Positions 12,245-26,569 of a stretch of 64,000 nucleotides of DNA are shown here, piece after piece. Position 1 is the stretch's first letter; each line of letters begins with the position of its first letter. Source of the DNA: Phoronis australis (Eukaryota > Animalia > Phoronida); the NCBI GenBank assembly GCA_002633005.1, contig NMRA01000331.1, forward strand, positions 437,462 to 501,461, written 5' to 3'. The notes under the pieces are model-generated. The model was not told the origin of the DNA. It did not search any database and was given only the letters and a program-made list of their open reading frames with translations. Made by a program: the position numbers and the translations under genes.

Positions 12245-13896
12245 CTTCCGGAGTTTTTAAGTTGTCCATTCCAAGTGGTAACATGTACTGTTTCAAGAAA
12301 TTTCTGAAAGTAAAATGTACGCAACCGTGCAACAGTTTGCTCAACAAAGCTTTCACGTGTAGCACATCTACGTCATAATAAAGTCATTGTCACTAACTTT
12401 AAAATTAGCGCCTCCGTAAATAAAGGTGGTGCTTCTGTTTTGGCCTAAAACAAATGTGATCAAGGTCACGGGTCAATTTGCTGGGTCGCTGGGCCAAAAA
12501 ATGATGTCTAAATAGGATTTATGACACAGATACAAAGGATTTTCTTGTCAACACTTCTCCACCATCATAGGAACAAGTTTTTGCTCCAGAACAAGAGCTG
12601 AGCCAAATGTCTGGACACAAGAATGGTTAATGAGAATGACAACATGGCCATACTTACTGATTATGGTTGAGTGATTTACGGTGGACCACAAAATTTGTTC
12701 TTAAAAACATTTCGCAATTTTCAACCTACTTGATATTCACATCGTGGCTACACTTTGCTCCATTTAGTTGAATAAAAAACAAAAATCTTTGTAGGCCTTT
12801 TATTCACATGAAAGTGGTCTCGTAACATTCCTTACCCAGATACAATTCTGTTTATGATACCAACAAGAACATTGAAACCGATAGAAAACACATCATGAGT
12901 TCATTAGGATTGGCCAACCCTAAAACTAAGAATTAAAAAATTGCGCATGCGCATGCACGCATTGCTGTCAACATCACATAAGCATGGTAATGTTTTTAAA
13001 CCCCAAAGCACTTCAGTTAGGTATTCAACATGGAAAGCAAAAGAGGTGAAATACCCCTAGACGTTTGACTAAGATTGTTTATTGTTAAAAGGCCATCTTG
13101 GCAGGGAGAAAGAAAAGTGTTCATCTTGCTTATAAACCACAAAGAATCCTAATAAACAATAAAATTAACCTTTTCAACCCCTGCATGGGGAATGTTTGTG
13201 CTGTGATAGGGCATGACTAAGAGATGACAAAAAAGTGAAAACAGGAAGGAAATGGGTTTTTATTCACAGTAAGTAGCTGATTCCCGATCTGATTGGAGTA
13301 ATTTCTGAATACAGCTATTTCACCACTTCAAAGCTGGCTTACATGATTTTGTAGTGGGATAATTGGGACATTCTAACTTATGTAGGATCTTACCAACATG
13401 TCTGTACATTCAGTCAAATATACAAAACTATAAAACTTGAGTCAGTAGAATCACTGGTTTTCTGAAAGCAGGAAGTCTGCAGAATTCAACTGACTTAAAA
13501 CCGATCTGCCATTGATCGGGTCACATGACCATACATTTTTAGAAGTAAAATTTAGCAAAAAGGAAAGGTATATTAATAGCAAAACGACAGCATCAATAAA
13601 ATGACTGAATTTCATTTGTTACAAATGTTCGAGACGAAAGCTTTAAAATGCTGTTACACTTTCCTAAATTATTCCATTTTTTGTTCATTGTGCAACTTTC
13701 GTGAAAATCATAAAAATGCTATTCTTGCAAAAAATAGACCATTATTAAAAACAATAAATAACAGTACTTTGGAGAGTAGTGCATAAAACAAAGTACCTCA
13801 GAGTTTAGTGTGAATCATCCAAACAGCCATTTCTGAAATGTGATGTTCCAAAGCTTGCCAAATTGGGATATTTTCTAGGGTGCTATATAACCTTAA

Positions 13897-15725
13897 AGGA
13901 GAATGCCACCCCATCTAATTAGTGTTTTTTAACCTCTTAATCGGTTTATATCCACATCGCCTCTTATACGGTCAACCTCTCCTTGCCGAGAGGTGTCGCG
14001 TTAACCTGTGAGGAAGGTAAGAAACGACGCAGCGACGTCAGTGGTTTGTCTGCAGAGTGAATGCTGCTATACTGCAGTGCATTGTTCCCGCTTGTTCGAA
14101 CTATGAAGCTGCGAAGAAAGCGGGTATATCGTTTTTTCAACTTCCTCGAGAGCCCGAAATGCTTAGGAAGTGGCTCGCGGTAGTGAAGAATGGAAACTGC
14201 GCTGTTAATAGCAAGTATGAGGCCATAAAACATCTCCGTGTCTGTGGCCAGCATTTCGTCGACAGTGATTTGTCCGACAAATTCCAGTTTACTAAAGACC
14301 TATCCATACCTTCCGTTGCCTGTGCATGTTCACGGCACCTATCTACTATTTCTTGATCAGTGCATTCCGGTTCGAACTGATAGCCTGTGAAACCTAAAGA
14401 TCCGACCCGTGAAGTCTTCATCGGATGAGCTCTTGACTAAGTTGGGATTGGCGCCGGGCGAGTTGCCATGCAGACGTTTATTATTCTGCGTTCTGTTTCA
14501 AAATGAATTATTCTCATCCTAACCAATGCTTATATGAAACCAAAACAAAGTCAGTGTCATTAGATTCAACATGTAATGCCTTGGAGTGCTCGTGAATGCA
14601 AATGTCTTGAGAATCCAACAATGAATAAACCACTGCGTTACCGGCTTTTGATGCCGGCAACAAAGGTAATTGACCGGGTATCGAGGCCGTGTGAGCGCAC
14701 GCTAATTCAGTGTTTGCTGACAGAAAGCTGTTGTGAAACAATTACTCGATTTTATATGATATGGTCACATGTTAGGGGAATCTTTATGTAGAAATACAAA
14801 TGCATTATTCAAATCATTGTTACTGTACAACCTTTGCCCTAACGGAGTGTGGAAGGGGACTGAAACCCGACCAGTGCTGTAGAGGTAAAATTAGAGGCAA
14901 GTAGGCGCCCAAAGCCCACCATATGACCTTGAGTACTGAACGTAACTTGCGGTGCATAGGCGCTACATTCAAATGCCAAAAGGTAGTTGGCTGCACCACT
15001 AGAGCACTGAACCCGACTTAATTGGCGGCCAAGACAACGAGTAAATATATTTTCAGTTTCGTGGCTACTGAATTGACATAAATAATTACGTGCACATTAT
15101 TTCTTTGGCTCACTATTATAGTCTTTTCGTGACTGGAGGTTTAGTTTCCAACTCAAGCTGGTTTATGTTCATGCCAGTTCCGGCGGACGCGATGGGCCTG
15201 ATCGGGTTCCAAGCCACTGGCCGGGATAACAAGCGTTTTGTGTGTTTAGAACTAAAAAAAATCACAAGTATAAACAACACAGATCTAGGTTCTCCTGTCT
15301 GTATTTCACGGAAGAATACTTCGAGTTTATCGCCAAACACACCCCAAACTCCTGCTACGCGGGACCTTGGTAAATTAGCCTACCGAACTTTGTAGGCTAC
15401 GGTGTGTCCAAATACCAGTAAATCCGTAACAGAGAAATAATACAACACGTTTTTATAAGAACTCGGTGCATTTTTAAGGGTTTTACGTCGAAGTTTGATA
15501 ATTTATTGGTGTTAAACGAAGAATTCAAGCGATAAGCTGACACCACGAACCCAATGTTGTGAACTGCTGAACAGACTGCTTGTGAAACCAATTATGTCAT
15601 TGGATAATTTCAACACCTCCGTCTGCCGTCAGGTGTCAGGTAACGCAACCGAATGTGCCGTTATGGAGTAGAACTACTTGATCTAAATTGATACAAAATA
15701 GGTTGTTTTTGGGTGACATTCTCCT
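13897..15725 (+). mobile_element. Kolobok-type non-autonomous DNA transposon carrying a THAP domain
   Basis: TIRs AGGAGAATGCCACCC / GGGTGACATTCTCCT with flanks TTAA / TTGA; internal THAP ORF; an inverted copy of its right end lies at 29770-30066. Confidence 0.8.
14057..14356 (+). pseudogene. THAP zinc-finger domain ORF within the Kolobok element
   Basis: CIVPACSN...FFQLP...LRKW...LRVCGQHF fits the C2CH THAP signature (C-x4-C, P, W, C-x2-HF). Confidence 0.85.
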
Positions 15726-16772
15726 TTGAACAGAAACCAGGATACTCACATTCGCTGACCTTAAGGGAATGTACAAATTTATAAACAAAAAAAAATAAAA
15801 AAAGTGTATTTCCTGGTAAAGTAAATTTTCGAAAAAAACGGTATATAAGGCAATCAAGTTTTATGAAAACTGCCCTCGACATTAAGCCATGACAATAGCC
15901 GAGTTGCAATTTCATTTAAGGAAAAGACAACAGAACAACACTCACAGAATCAACACATACAGGAATGCTTTATATCAAGCACCAACATAAACAGACATAT
16001 TTTGTTAGGTAAAATGAAATAAAAAACAAACAAGACATGGTTTTTACACTTAATGATTATGAGAAATAACTTTGTCATTTTTCTAAGCCAATGAAACTGC
16101 TCCTCGGGTGTTTGCCTAATGCTCTAGCACAACTTATGAAGTCAGATAACACTAAATCTTAAATCTGCTATAAACCTGAGTTCCATACAAGAAGCAACTT
16201 TTGACTAACTTGCCAATATAAAATTGGTTCCAACTTGTCTTTTAATAAGATAAGAAGTGATTTCTGGGTTTGCAAAGAGCTGACTGTGCCTTAGTCCTTG
16301 AGACCACACTCGGCACATAAAATGACCACCATGACAACCCAACTTGTAAAGCCTGACCTCATGAAATAATGAACTAGCTGTTTCGGACAAACATAATGAA
16401 ACTTTCCATTTCACAAATGCTGATTATGTTGTAACAATGCTGCAAATTATTGGTCATGAAAGCTGGTCAGTACAAACCATGATTATGATGAAGTCAAGTT
16501 CTTCTCAACTTTTATTTTTGTTCAGAAATTTCACAAAATCAAATACCGAGCATTTACGGTAAGCAAATGGTTGGACTTTGTTTTTTTTTTAAGTTATAAC
16601 CTGTCTCATTAATGGCCAAGCTTATTCAAAGAAATAAACCCAAGTTTGGGAGGACTCAGATTTTACACAATAGTAAAAGTGTTCAAAATGCATTTCATGG
16701 CGTTATCCTCTTAGGCATAGCAGGAGGGCCTCACTAAACACACCTGAGGCATATAAGCATGTATTGACTTAC

Positions 16773-16834
16773 CTTGCGAAGATGTTTGTTGACCCATTTG
16801 GTGAAAGTTTTCTTCTGTACGGAATCTCTTTCAT
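16773..16834 (-). CDS. DST: Spectraplakin common exon 2 ([21 protein letters not shown])
   Basis: 62 nt, TTTTCCCAG acceptor, GTAAGT donor, phase 1 to 0; [10 protein letters not shown] is the actinin-type signature 1. Confidence 0.98.
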
Positions 16835-17138
16835 CTGGGAAAACAAACCAGAGTGGAAATCAAATACTATTTTTCAGCATACAGGTCATGTGCAAGGTGT
16901 GAATGGAATATTAACAAGTCTAGAAAGATCGCAGTGCCAAAAAAGCACAATGAATCAACAGAACTTAAGTAACAGAGCAATAAACTTATAAACCAACAAG
17001 GTTACTTCCAAATTTAACAGGCATATTTTTTTACAATAGCCATCATTTCATATTTAGAAAGTCTAATATTAGCATACAAATCTTTACACAACATAAAACA
17101 TTACTCAAATATAGTAACCAAATGTGTTTGCTACAAAT

Positions 17139-18786
17139 AACAAGAGCAACACGAAGCGTTGAAATGCACCCACGAATGCACCGCAAATGGTGTGCTTCTA
17201 GGCGTGTTAATTTGTATCATAACAATGGCGACTAGATGACACAAAATACATCGAATCAATCCGAAACAAGGACATATAGTTTCTTAACTGAAAGCTATTT
17301 ACCAAATTTCATAAAAATCTGTCAATGAACTTCAGAGAAACAGAGGAAACAGAAAAGATGAAATTGCCAATAGAGGACACAGTGTTCGCAAGATTAATCA
17401 GAAAGTCATAGTCGTCCATTGTTAACTTCACATACATACACTTGCTAAATTTAATTAAGATCCTGCAGTAAGTTTACGAGATACAGCTATGGGCTCAAAA
17501 AAACAAAACTGTCACTAGGAGGTGCCACAGTAGTCGAAGTCGTTGGAAAATCATTGTCCACCGTCGTCTTCACACTAAGAACATATATACCAATTTTCAC
17601 AATCATCCTAGAGTAGTTCGGTTGATAGAGGGGCGGACGCCACGAAATAGACTCGAAAACAGTAAAAATGGCCACTAGGTGGTGCAAAATACCTCGAATC
17701 CGTCCGAAAAGGGATGATAGCATCATCTCACTCATTGATGCCTATGTGTCAAATTTCCTGATAATGCGTCCATATATAAATATGTGGGCGCATAAAAATC
17801 CGTTAAGGACCTTTGAAGATACAGAGGTAGTAAGATCCGTCCGAAAGTCATATTCCATTGCCAAATTCATATTAATACACGTGCTAAATTTAGTAACGAT
17901 CCTGCATAGTATTAAGAAGATATAGCCATGGAGGCAAAAACTGCCACTAGGAGGTGCCACAGTATTTGAAGTCATCCGTCCTCTTCATAGTAAGTACATG
18001 CCAATTCTCATAATCATTCTTAGAGTGGTTTGGCTGAAAGAGAGGCGGGCACCAAAACACACTAAAAATAGCCACTAGGTGGCGCAAAATGCCTTGAATC
18101 CATCCGAAAACGAGAGGATAGCGTCATCTCATTAATAGATGCCTATGTGTCAAATTTCACGAAAATCAGTTAAGGACTTTTCAAGATACAGAGGCAAATG
18201 TAAAGAACTAAAATTGCCACAACGGGACACAGCAGTATTTGGGTCCATCCAAAATGCGTCGCCCTCTGTTGTCAACCCCATAGGAACACACCTGCCAAAT
18301 TTCAATAAGATCCTGCATGGTGTTAAGGAGATACAACCATGGACGCAAAAAACAACTGCCACTAGAAGGCGCCATAGTAGTTGAAGTAGTCAGAAAATCG
18401 TCGTCATCATTCCTCGTCATAGTAAGAACATACATGCCTATTTTCACGACCATTTTTAGGGTAGTGTGGTTAATAAAGGGGCGGACGCCAAAAAACAGAC
18501 TCGAAAACAGTAAAAATGGCCACTAGATGGCATAAAATTCCTTGAATCCATTTGAAAACAGGAGGATAGCGTCACCTCATTAATAGAGGCCTATGTACCA
18601 AATTTTATGAAAATCAGTTGACAATCTTTGAAGATATAGAGGCAAACGTAAAAACTAAAATTGCCACTAAGGGGAACGCCATTATTCAGGACGGTCCTGG
18701 GGTATAAGAGATACAGCCGCGGATGCCAGAAAACCAGACACAAATGACGGCAAATGCACCCACATATAAATAGATGGGTGCATAAA
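17139..18786 (+). mobile_element. Helentron/HINE-like non-autonomous element with ~4 internal tandem units of ~400-450 bp
   Basis: Starts AACAAGAG; subterminal AATGCACCCAC recurs at the 3' end as hairpin ATGCACCCA..TGGGTGCAT; repeated CCAAATTTCA and CCACTAG motifs at 17672/18072/18520 and 17512/17944/18359. Confidence 0.7.
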
Positions 18787-19069
18787 CAGACTACGCAGAT
18801 TTCAGGTGGGCATTTCGCCAGTTCTTCGATTTAGATGTCCTGTTATGAAAACACTATTTGATAGGAAACTGCAGAGAATTTAAGTCAGAAAAACTTGCTA
18901 TATCCCATTGGGCACTAAGCCACAATTGATCTAGACAGATATTTTTTGTCAATTAAGTACCAGATTGAAGTTCAGACATCACCTGTTTTCATGATGTATT
19001 TTGACTGGCAAAATACTCCCGACACAAAGAACTTATTGGGTATTTCAACTAGCAGGCGCCCTGAAGTAA

Positions 19070-19328
19070 CATGCGTACACCCAGCCTAAACATGGGGGTC
19101 TCGAATTTTGGAGAATGTGGACCTTATACTCTGAGATTCACGGGTACGTTCAAAGCTATAAATAGTGCAATCACTGAATTTTGGTAGTTCTTGCCTTTTT
19201 AGTGGACCTTTGGCACATTTTTTACTGTTTCAGTGGACTTTTTGTTTCCCTGAGGCACACCTTTTTGTCCACTTTGCCATATGGGAGGCTCATTCGAGCC
19301 CTCCAAGCCACCCCTGGGAGCATGCATG
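19070..19328. mobile_element. MITE with CATGC ends and a 5-bp TSD
   Basis: CATGCGTACACCCAG / CTGGGAGCATGCATG imperfect TIRs, flanked by AGTAA on both sides. Confidence 0.6.
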
Positions 19329-21874
19329 AGTAAAGACTCATGTGCCTACTGTCGGAGCCAAAATTCTACTGTTTGTAAGGTTTCCCAAACTGAACAGTGT
19401 CAGGCGAGTGTCAAACAAAAGACATGAAAAACAGGGCATAGTTAACTTCAGCTCGCTCTTACCTTACCATAACTACAAAATTAACTTGAACAACTGTGCA
19501 ATTCATTCTATGAACTCCCACTAGTTTTGAATCCATGTCAAAGTCACTGGCTCATTTTCCACTTAAAATAAGTCCCATTTCCGAAAGTATGCCTGGGCTT
19601 ATGTTTGGGGAACTAGAAAAGTTAAAAGCATGCCACTTTTCTGAATAATGACCTGGGGAATACTATCATAAATTTCTAGTATAGCTCTGCAACCGTGCCA
19701 TTTTCCTTGAAAGAGCGATTTTCCCAATGGCGAAAAACTGATGATACAAAAAATGTTATAGTGAAACAGCTTGAAAGCCTAAAATGTTAGACAAACATTC
19801 AGTAAGACAGAAACGCAAATTCAAAATGGTCATTCATTCAAAAACAATTTATTAAAACTAAACGGACTGTGAACAGCAGTGGACAGACATAAACTTTTTT
19901 GTTTTAAATAAATATTCAATAAACAAACAACTTCTTGCATGAATATTATATTCTTCAATATTACAATTTTATAGAAAAAGATTTCTGACAATTGAATTTA
20001 TGTTTTTAACAATTCAATAACGCCTAAAAACGTTATAATTGGTTCTGATCAGTGCCCTACTCATTTCAAAACCTGCGCCACACTGTTGGAAGAAAAAAGC
20101 CGACTACCCCAATAGTATTTAGTGAAGGTTTTCTTTTTTCAAAAACAGCACCAACGGATCTAAAATTGCATTTACATGGATTTAAAGTCGCATTTACTGG
20201 GAGAAAACTGTCACAGAGCAACTAACATAAAACAGCTGATCGGGCACAAGTGTGTGCATAAACAGGCTGGAAGGCATTAGGTGGCTCTCTCTTTTGAAAA
20301 TTAGGAAAATTAAACAATACAGCGTCACCACATCAATATTAAAAATCCACAGGCTAGAACCAATTATGCATTTTTGGATAAAACCCAAAATTATTGAGCA
20401 TTGTATATTTGACTATTGCTTGATATACAAATTTTTTACATAATTACAAGCAAAAGCACATTTAATACCTTATCTTGTGTTTCAGATATTTTCCTAAGAC
20501 ATATTTCACAGCTCACCAGGTGAACACATGTCAGAATCAGTTACCAAAATTTTACACCGAAAATTGTTGGTGTAAAATTATATATTGCAAAACATATCAA
20601 GGATGTGTCTGGGATAAAGTTAATAGGTAGAGTTCAATATTTTCCATTGCAGACTAAAGAAAAAATACACGTTCTACAGTGACTTATCCAGACATCTGAG
20701 AAATTTAATCTTGAAACACTTCAGTTGTTCTTTCACCATGGCAGCCTCAATAACAGGGCACTTGGATCAGGTTGCATATTGCAAGCTGCACATGCTGTTA
20801 CCACCCTCCGCAAAATTGGGGGAAGATATACATTATCATGAAAACGAGTTTGCAATGGACTTCAAGGTCTTTTCAAAATAAGACCATGGAATGTCGCAAA
20901 TACTAGATATACCATAAATACTAGAATTCAACCTTCATGTTTTAGTACAGAGTAATAAAAAAACAAGAGTTTTAACTTTTACTACTGGAATATACAAATT
21001 CCGTTTAGAATCCTGAATTTCGTGAATTCAGTCTGATTTTGCAACACTGTAGAAAATCAGGGTCAATGCTGATGATGCACTGAATTTAGCAGAAGCAATC
21101 CAATGACTTTTGAATTCGCTAGCTCTTGCCAATAGCAAAATCGCCAGTAATGTAAGCAGTTGTCATTAGGGTTACCTTTGCTTATCCTTAGAGGTATCCC
21201 AAATCTGCTAGCAAGGCAAGTTGACACTTTTGTAGCCAAACTGCTTACTTCAAAGAACAAACATGGGCAAGAGAAAGGGGGCCTGTGTTTATTGTTGACT
21301 AAATGAGTATTTGCACACAATGAATGTACTTTTACACCTTTCCTCTGGTGACAGGAGGTGTGATAACTACTGCAATTAACTGCTGGAAAATGCCCCCCCC
21401 CCCTGGGAATAATGCTAGTGTTGTTGCCACTTGTGTGAACTTAGTACAACTTACATGACAACAAGGGAAGTGCAAGGATGTACATTGCCTTTTCTGCATC
21501 ATTACATCAGAAGCTAGGCTTGATGGACCTTGTATGGTTTGAGTGTAGAACAGTCCCTCAATCCTGACCAGCTTGACAACTGGACAATGCCAGAGGGCAT
21601 AGGTACCAGAACAAACTCAGTTATCAGAAGTAACACACAAACCTCATTATATGGCCATTAATAAGCAGTAAAGCTGCCAAATACAGCAAGTGCTCTGTTG
21701 TTGCAGTGTATCTATGTGGACTGGTAGATTGTGTTTGAACTAGGATTTGATAGCCTGTGTATTACAAACAGGTGACATAAAAGTGGTAGCTGAGACATGT
21801 AAACTACAGAAATGCTCTTCTAATAGTAGACATTGATAATATTGATGACAGTAGAAGAGTTTAGAGAATTTAAA

Positions 21875-22771
21875 GAGTTCCCACCATGCATTTTCTTAGT
21901 TTTTGATGTCTCACTTAGCTAATATATGAAAACAATACCATAAAATCTACAAAATAAGCACTTATTATGCAAAATAGCCACATTTTTTTCAATTTTGAAA
22001 AAAATAGTTATTTCCAAGTTTCCTGACAAATGATGTAATGGGTGGAAGACGTTTGGTCACTTAACAATCAATTGCAATGGTGGAACACAGCAGATCAGAA
22101 GACGAGGAAGATTTTTAGCAAGAACTTGACAATTATTAAGCAGACCAAAGAACTATTTTACTTCAGCCATTCAACAAGTACTTGAAGAATTAGACAATGA
22201 ATTCGATTTCCCACTTAGCAAACTTTCGTGGGCTTTGAGGCCGTATGAACTCGACCTACTTGCACAAAAAATGCTGCTGACATATGAGACCCACAACCAA
22301 CTGAACCAAGGGGTGGTCAACCTTCACAAAATAGACACTTAATAATCACAGATGACAAAGGCCACAGTAAATTTGGGTCATTCTGTATTCACTATTGCCT
22401 TGACGGAATGAGCATAGTCTAAACACATTGCATAAGCCTACGTGCCACTCAAACTGGGCTGGTTCGAGGGCTCGCCCTAGAATGGAAACAGTTCATTATT
22501 TATAAAATTTGCAAACACAAAAGGTGAAGAGACCAGCCGTTTTTGTGTTTGGTCCAAACACGATTCCTTGAAATGTGATGCCTACCGACTGAATTGCATG
22601 TTCCACATGCGGCACACAAACAGATGCCACCCATTACGCACAACCCAGATAACAGAAAAATATATTAATTTTTTGGCTTGTTTCTTAGCAACAGGTATAC
22701 TAAAATCTATTAAATCTGCTAAGATATATTAATAAATTCCTTTTTGAGACACAGGGTCATGGTGGGAACTC
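21875..22771. mobile_element. TIR DNA transposon relic (GAG...CTC ends; Sola-like or Kolobok-like)
   Basis: Perfect 14-bp TIR GAGTTCCCACCATG / CATGGTGGGAACTC in TTAA-containing flanks. Confidence 0.65.
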
Positions 22772-23349
22772 TTTTAATTTTAGAATACTAAAACTCTGAT
22801 GAATGTGATTTTTCACAATATACCACACTGCTCTGAGTTAAGGCTCAGGTGGCTCACACTAAAAATTATTCAATTTAGGAGAAAAATCACTGCTAAAATT
22901 GCCATATTTTGATTCTTCACAAGATTACCACATTGCTGCAAATGCTCAATTTACTAAAAGGTGTTTAGTAATAGCTAAGCCATACAAACCATGTTAAAAG
23001 CAAAAAAAGTAAATTTTCTTGAAAAACTATTTTACTTGAGCCATTCAACAAAATGAAATTTCACCTGTCTACCATGGTGTGTCACAAACTGAAAAAATGT
23101 TTGCCATAAATGGGGAAAATAAAAAATCAGGCTGTAGCATTAAGCCGAGAATGTGAAGTCAGGACAGACATAGTCATCTTAACCATGGATCCACTGAAGA
23201 AAATGCCTGAACCATCTTTTACACATGAGCACGATAACCTTAGAAAGAGCAGGAGCCATAACAACCATTTCACATCTGCTTCAACTGCATCTATATCCTA
23301 TCCGAATTTACCTCTCAATTTACCTGTCACAGACAGGATCATTGGTGAT

Positions 23350-24800
23350 ATTCTGGTGCATTAATCCCCTCCCCAGACCATTACCCTGACAGCAGAAGGC
23401 CCAAAACTCCAAGGCTGACCTTGCTTATAAGTATCTGGTTCGAGGACACACAGTCACAGCTCTTGTTGTGACTTTAGCAGCATGGCCCTATGCAATATCA
23501 GCCATGAGCAGCTGGCTAAGATCAGCTGGCTAGGATCCTTGAACTCAAGTCAGTTGGGAGGAAGTCTGCTGAAGACATGTTGATCAGCCAGCAACTAAAC
23601 ATCAGATGAGTGTAAGCAGAGGGGTCGGTTGGTGGTGCATGAACCAGCAACGTAATCTGCCCGCTCATTAATCAAGATACCAGTTTGGCCAGGTATTAAA
23701 CACCAGATCACAGTATGATGAGGGTGGGGTGATTGGAAGACACCCAAGTTGGCTAGATTTCCAGACTGACCTTTCAACAAAACCCAAACAGAATCAGTGG
23801 CTAGCATGATGGTTCCAATATCCAGGTCTAGTTGTGACAGCTTGTTTTAGGGCACATTGTATAGCCTCAAACACCATCCATGTACTACTTGTGTGTACAA
23901 TGGTGGCAACCACTGTCTAGACAATGACATTGTCAGCAAAAAGTATTTGGCAACCCCATCCAGAAGGGTTAGTTGCAGCATCAAAGGATCCATCTGTTGC
24001 TATTATGATGCCATCAACACTGCCAAGGTCACACCATCACAATGCTTGGGGCTACTCCAGGGGGTCATTCCGCTTCCATGTTGAAAGTGATTGTGACATT
24101 CAGTCTCTCATCAAGTTCTTGTTCTAGCAACCAAGCAGCATCCTGTGCAATCATGTGGTCACCAATGAGGTTCAGGTTTACAGCAGCGGCAGTTCACGAG
24201 CACCTGCTAAGTATTTGGTTGAATGCACAGCGAAAAGATCTGGAGCACAGTCGATAGGCTGCTATTGCAGGGACAGGGTTCAAGCATCTGTTGAGCAGTC
24301 TTCACTTCACTGTGTAATGGTTGGAAAGGGCTTTGAACAGCCTTGGCTACAGTAATACCTTGTAGAAGAGACTGTCTCCAATGCTGGGAACACCGACAAG
24401 GTACCGTAATGTTGATTCTGAAGTCAACCTTGTATATCCAGTGATAACAAAAAGACCCATGTGAGTCTCTCAAGCCTGTTGCTTTGATTTTTACTGTTGT
24501 TGATCACTGGGAGACCGTAGCCAAAGACAGAAATGACGAGGGCTTTATAAAGCATTAACAGGAATCTTTCCTTCACCTTCCTGTCCGAATGTGACGAGAC
24601 GCTGTTGAAACTGATTGTTCGTTATCCAAAAGTTAGAGAGTTGGAATGAAGATTCTTGTCAGACAGGTGTTCACAAAGACACCAATTTTTAGGTCTCCAT
24701 TAGGAATGGTTGCTAAGCCGGGCACGAGTGTTTGCAAGTGACAATCTGTAATTTTCAGCAGGGCAGTGGTCGTTCTAAGGGTAATTTTCCTCATCAAAGA
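23350..24800 (-). mobile_element. Highly decayed CR1/Jockey-group LINE (endonuclease/RT remnants)
   Basis: Minus-strand peptides LSQLDLD..LATDSVWVLLK..NLANL.VFQ and KSCDCVS..LISKVSLGVLGLLL resemble RT N-terminal motifs (GPDxIxxxxLK; KAFDxV..LLxKL..GIxG). Many stops; boundaries approximate. Confidence 0.4.
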
Positions 24801-26569
24801 ATTTCCAAGTCCATAATATCAAACACATTCATTCACACTTGTTCATAACGAAAACAGTGTTGCTTCAGAATCTAGGGTGTGGGCCAAAAGTATTGTATTT
24901 TCAGTATCGTAAATTGAGAAATATTTTACTGAAGTCAGGTACATTTTCTTTAAGATATATTATAGTTTAAAGAAACAAGCAACTTTCTTTATTAAGCACC
25001 ATGGGAACAAAAGTAAACCAAGATGCTTTTCAGGTTGACAGAAGTTACAGTTTGTAATAGTTATTTTACACATGGTTATTCTTTATTAGATCCAAAATCA
25101 AACTTCAAAACTCCAATACAGTGACCTAACTGGTCACATTTCCTTAACCAGGCCAGAGGGTCTTACATAAAATAGCAATGATGCCCAAGCGGCCAAAACA
25201 TGCCAAGGAACACAACTGGAAATGCAAGCCATATGATCAATCAACTTTAACACAGCCTCAGCACTTCAGCACCATCAGACAGATCACAGAATGTACAACC
25301 ACGACACTTATGATTAACAGGGCAACACAGGTATGTTCCACGCACACGTACACCTGTGTCTAATGTTCGCCTTGTCTTGGGGAAACTGACAGTGTTCAAA
25401 CTGAGACATTCCTGTTGTTGATCAAGGCAGTAGATCTTTTGCCTGCAGGGGTAGATTGGTTTTCATATAGAAGTAAATTAGTAGTAAGCAATTTGGATTG
25501 TGAGACCATCCCTTACAACAACATTTTGAAAGGCTCCATAAAAGGTTAAGAACATGAGCCAGTGAAGTTTGAAACAAACAGGTTCATCCCAGTTGAGTTT
25601 GAAAGGCATACAGCCATGAAAATTTGATTTGTAATTTTCGAGTAAGAAAATATTGTTAAAACTTATACTAAAATTGTGTGCTTATGAACGACATAACTAC
25701 AGAACAACACCTAAAATTGATAACTGTGGCATCTCTCAATAAATGGTTTTCTAGTCACAGAATGAAAAATAGCCCTCCCTCGCAGATAGCATAACCTTAG
25801 CAAAAGTCTAAATGCACAAATAAAAAGTCACTGAGAATACAAACATATAAACCTGACTTACTACAACCTACAATCAGCTAAATGTGTTATTTAATTTGTC
25901 CACGGAACAAAATTCACCTCTCCAAAAGATGTAAACAGAGCAAAAGGTTTGTCTAACATTCCCTAAAGTCAAAACAACCCAACAGGTTTAATTGTTGACA
26001 TTTGTAGCTTATTATTGGCCATGGATTTTACAAAAGTACAAAATGTCATTGACCTGAATAAGGTCTCGGCATAACCCACATTTATTCATGAGACTTTTAC
26101 CATTGGATAAATAGCTGGTCTATTCAGTTATAGTGATGCGTTGTCATGTGCAAAGCTACACACTACTCACATGTTCACTGAAGTAATCGGACTTGCTTGC
26201 AATACCAAGGCTCGTGAAACAGGGATGGAGAACAAGTAGTCCCAACTGGAGTTTCATGTGATTTTCTCCACCTTATGAAAATCCAGTGATTTTCCACGCA
26301 ATTCATATTCCAAGCACCGTCAGTGCAAACAGCTAAAAATAACTGTTTTTGAGACTAATAATCTCAAGTTTTCATAATGAACAGGAAAATGTGCTTCATC
26401 CCACTTACTACCTCCTTGAATTTTCACTACGGACAAAAAACAACATTATTTCAAAGTTTAAAGAAAATTTTGAGATCTCATTGAACAGTGTGCTTGCTAA
26501 TCACTAGATGTATTGATGGCAGGTCCATTTTTGCACTACAATCGACCGATTGGGTATTCTGCCGTCTAA

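Noticed and set aside
12836-12847. 12-nt in-frame segment NCIW bounded by AG and GTAAGG in intron 2
   Set aside because: Weak pyrimidine tract next to the AG and no homology support; could be chance.
21063-21320. Minus-strand frame ending PLRISK at a phase-1 GTAACC donor
   Set aside because: No in-frame ATG before the upstream stop and no frame-preserving acceptor.
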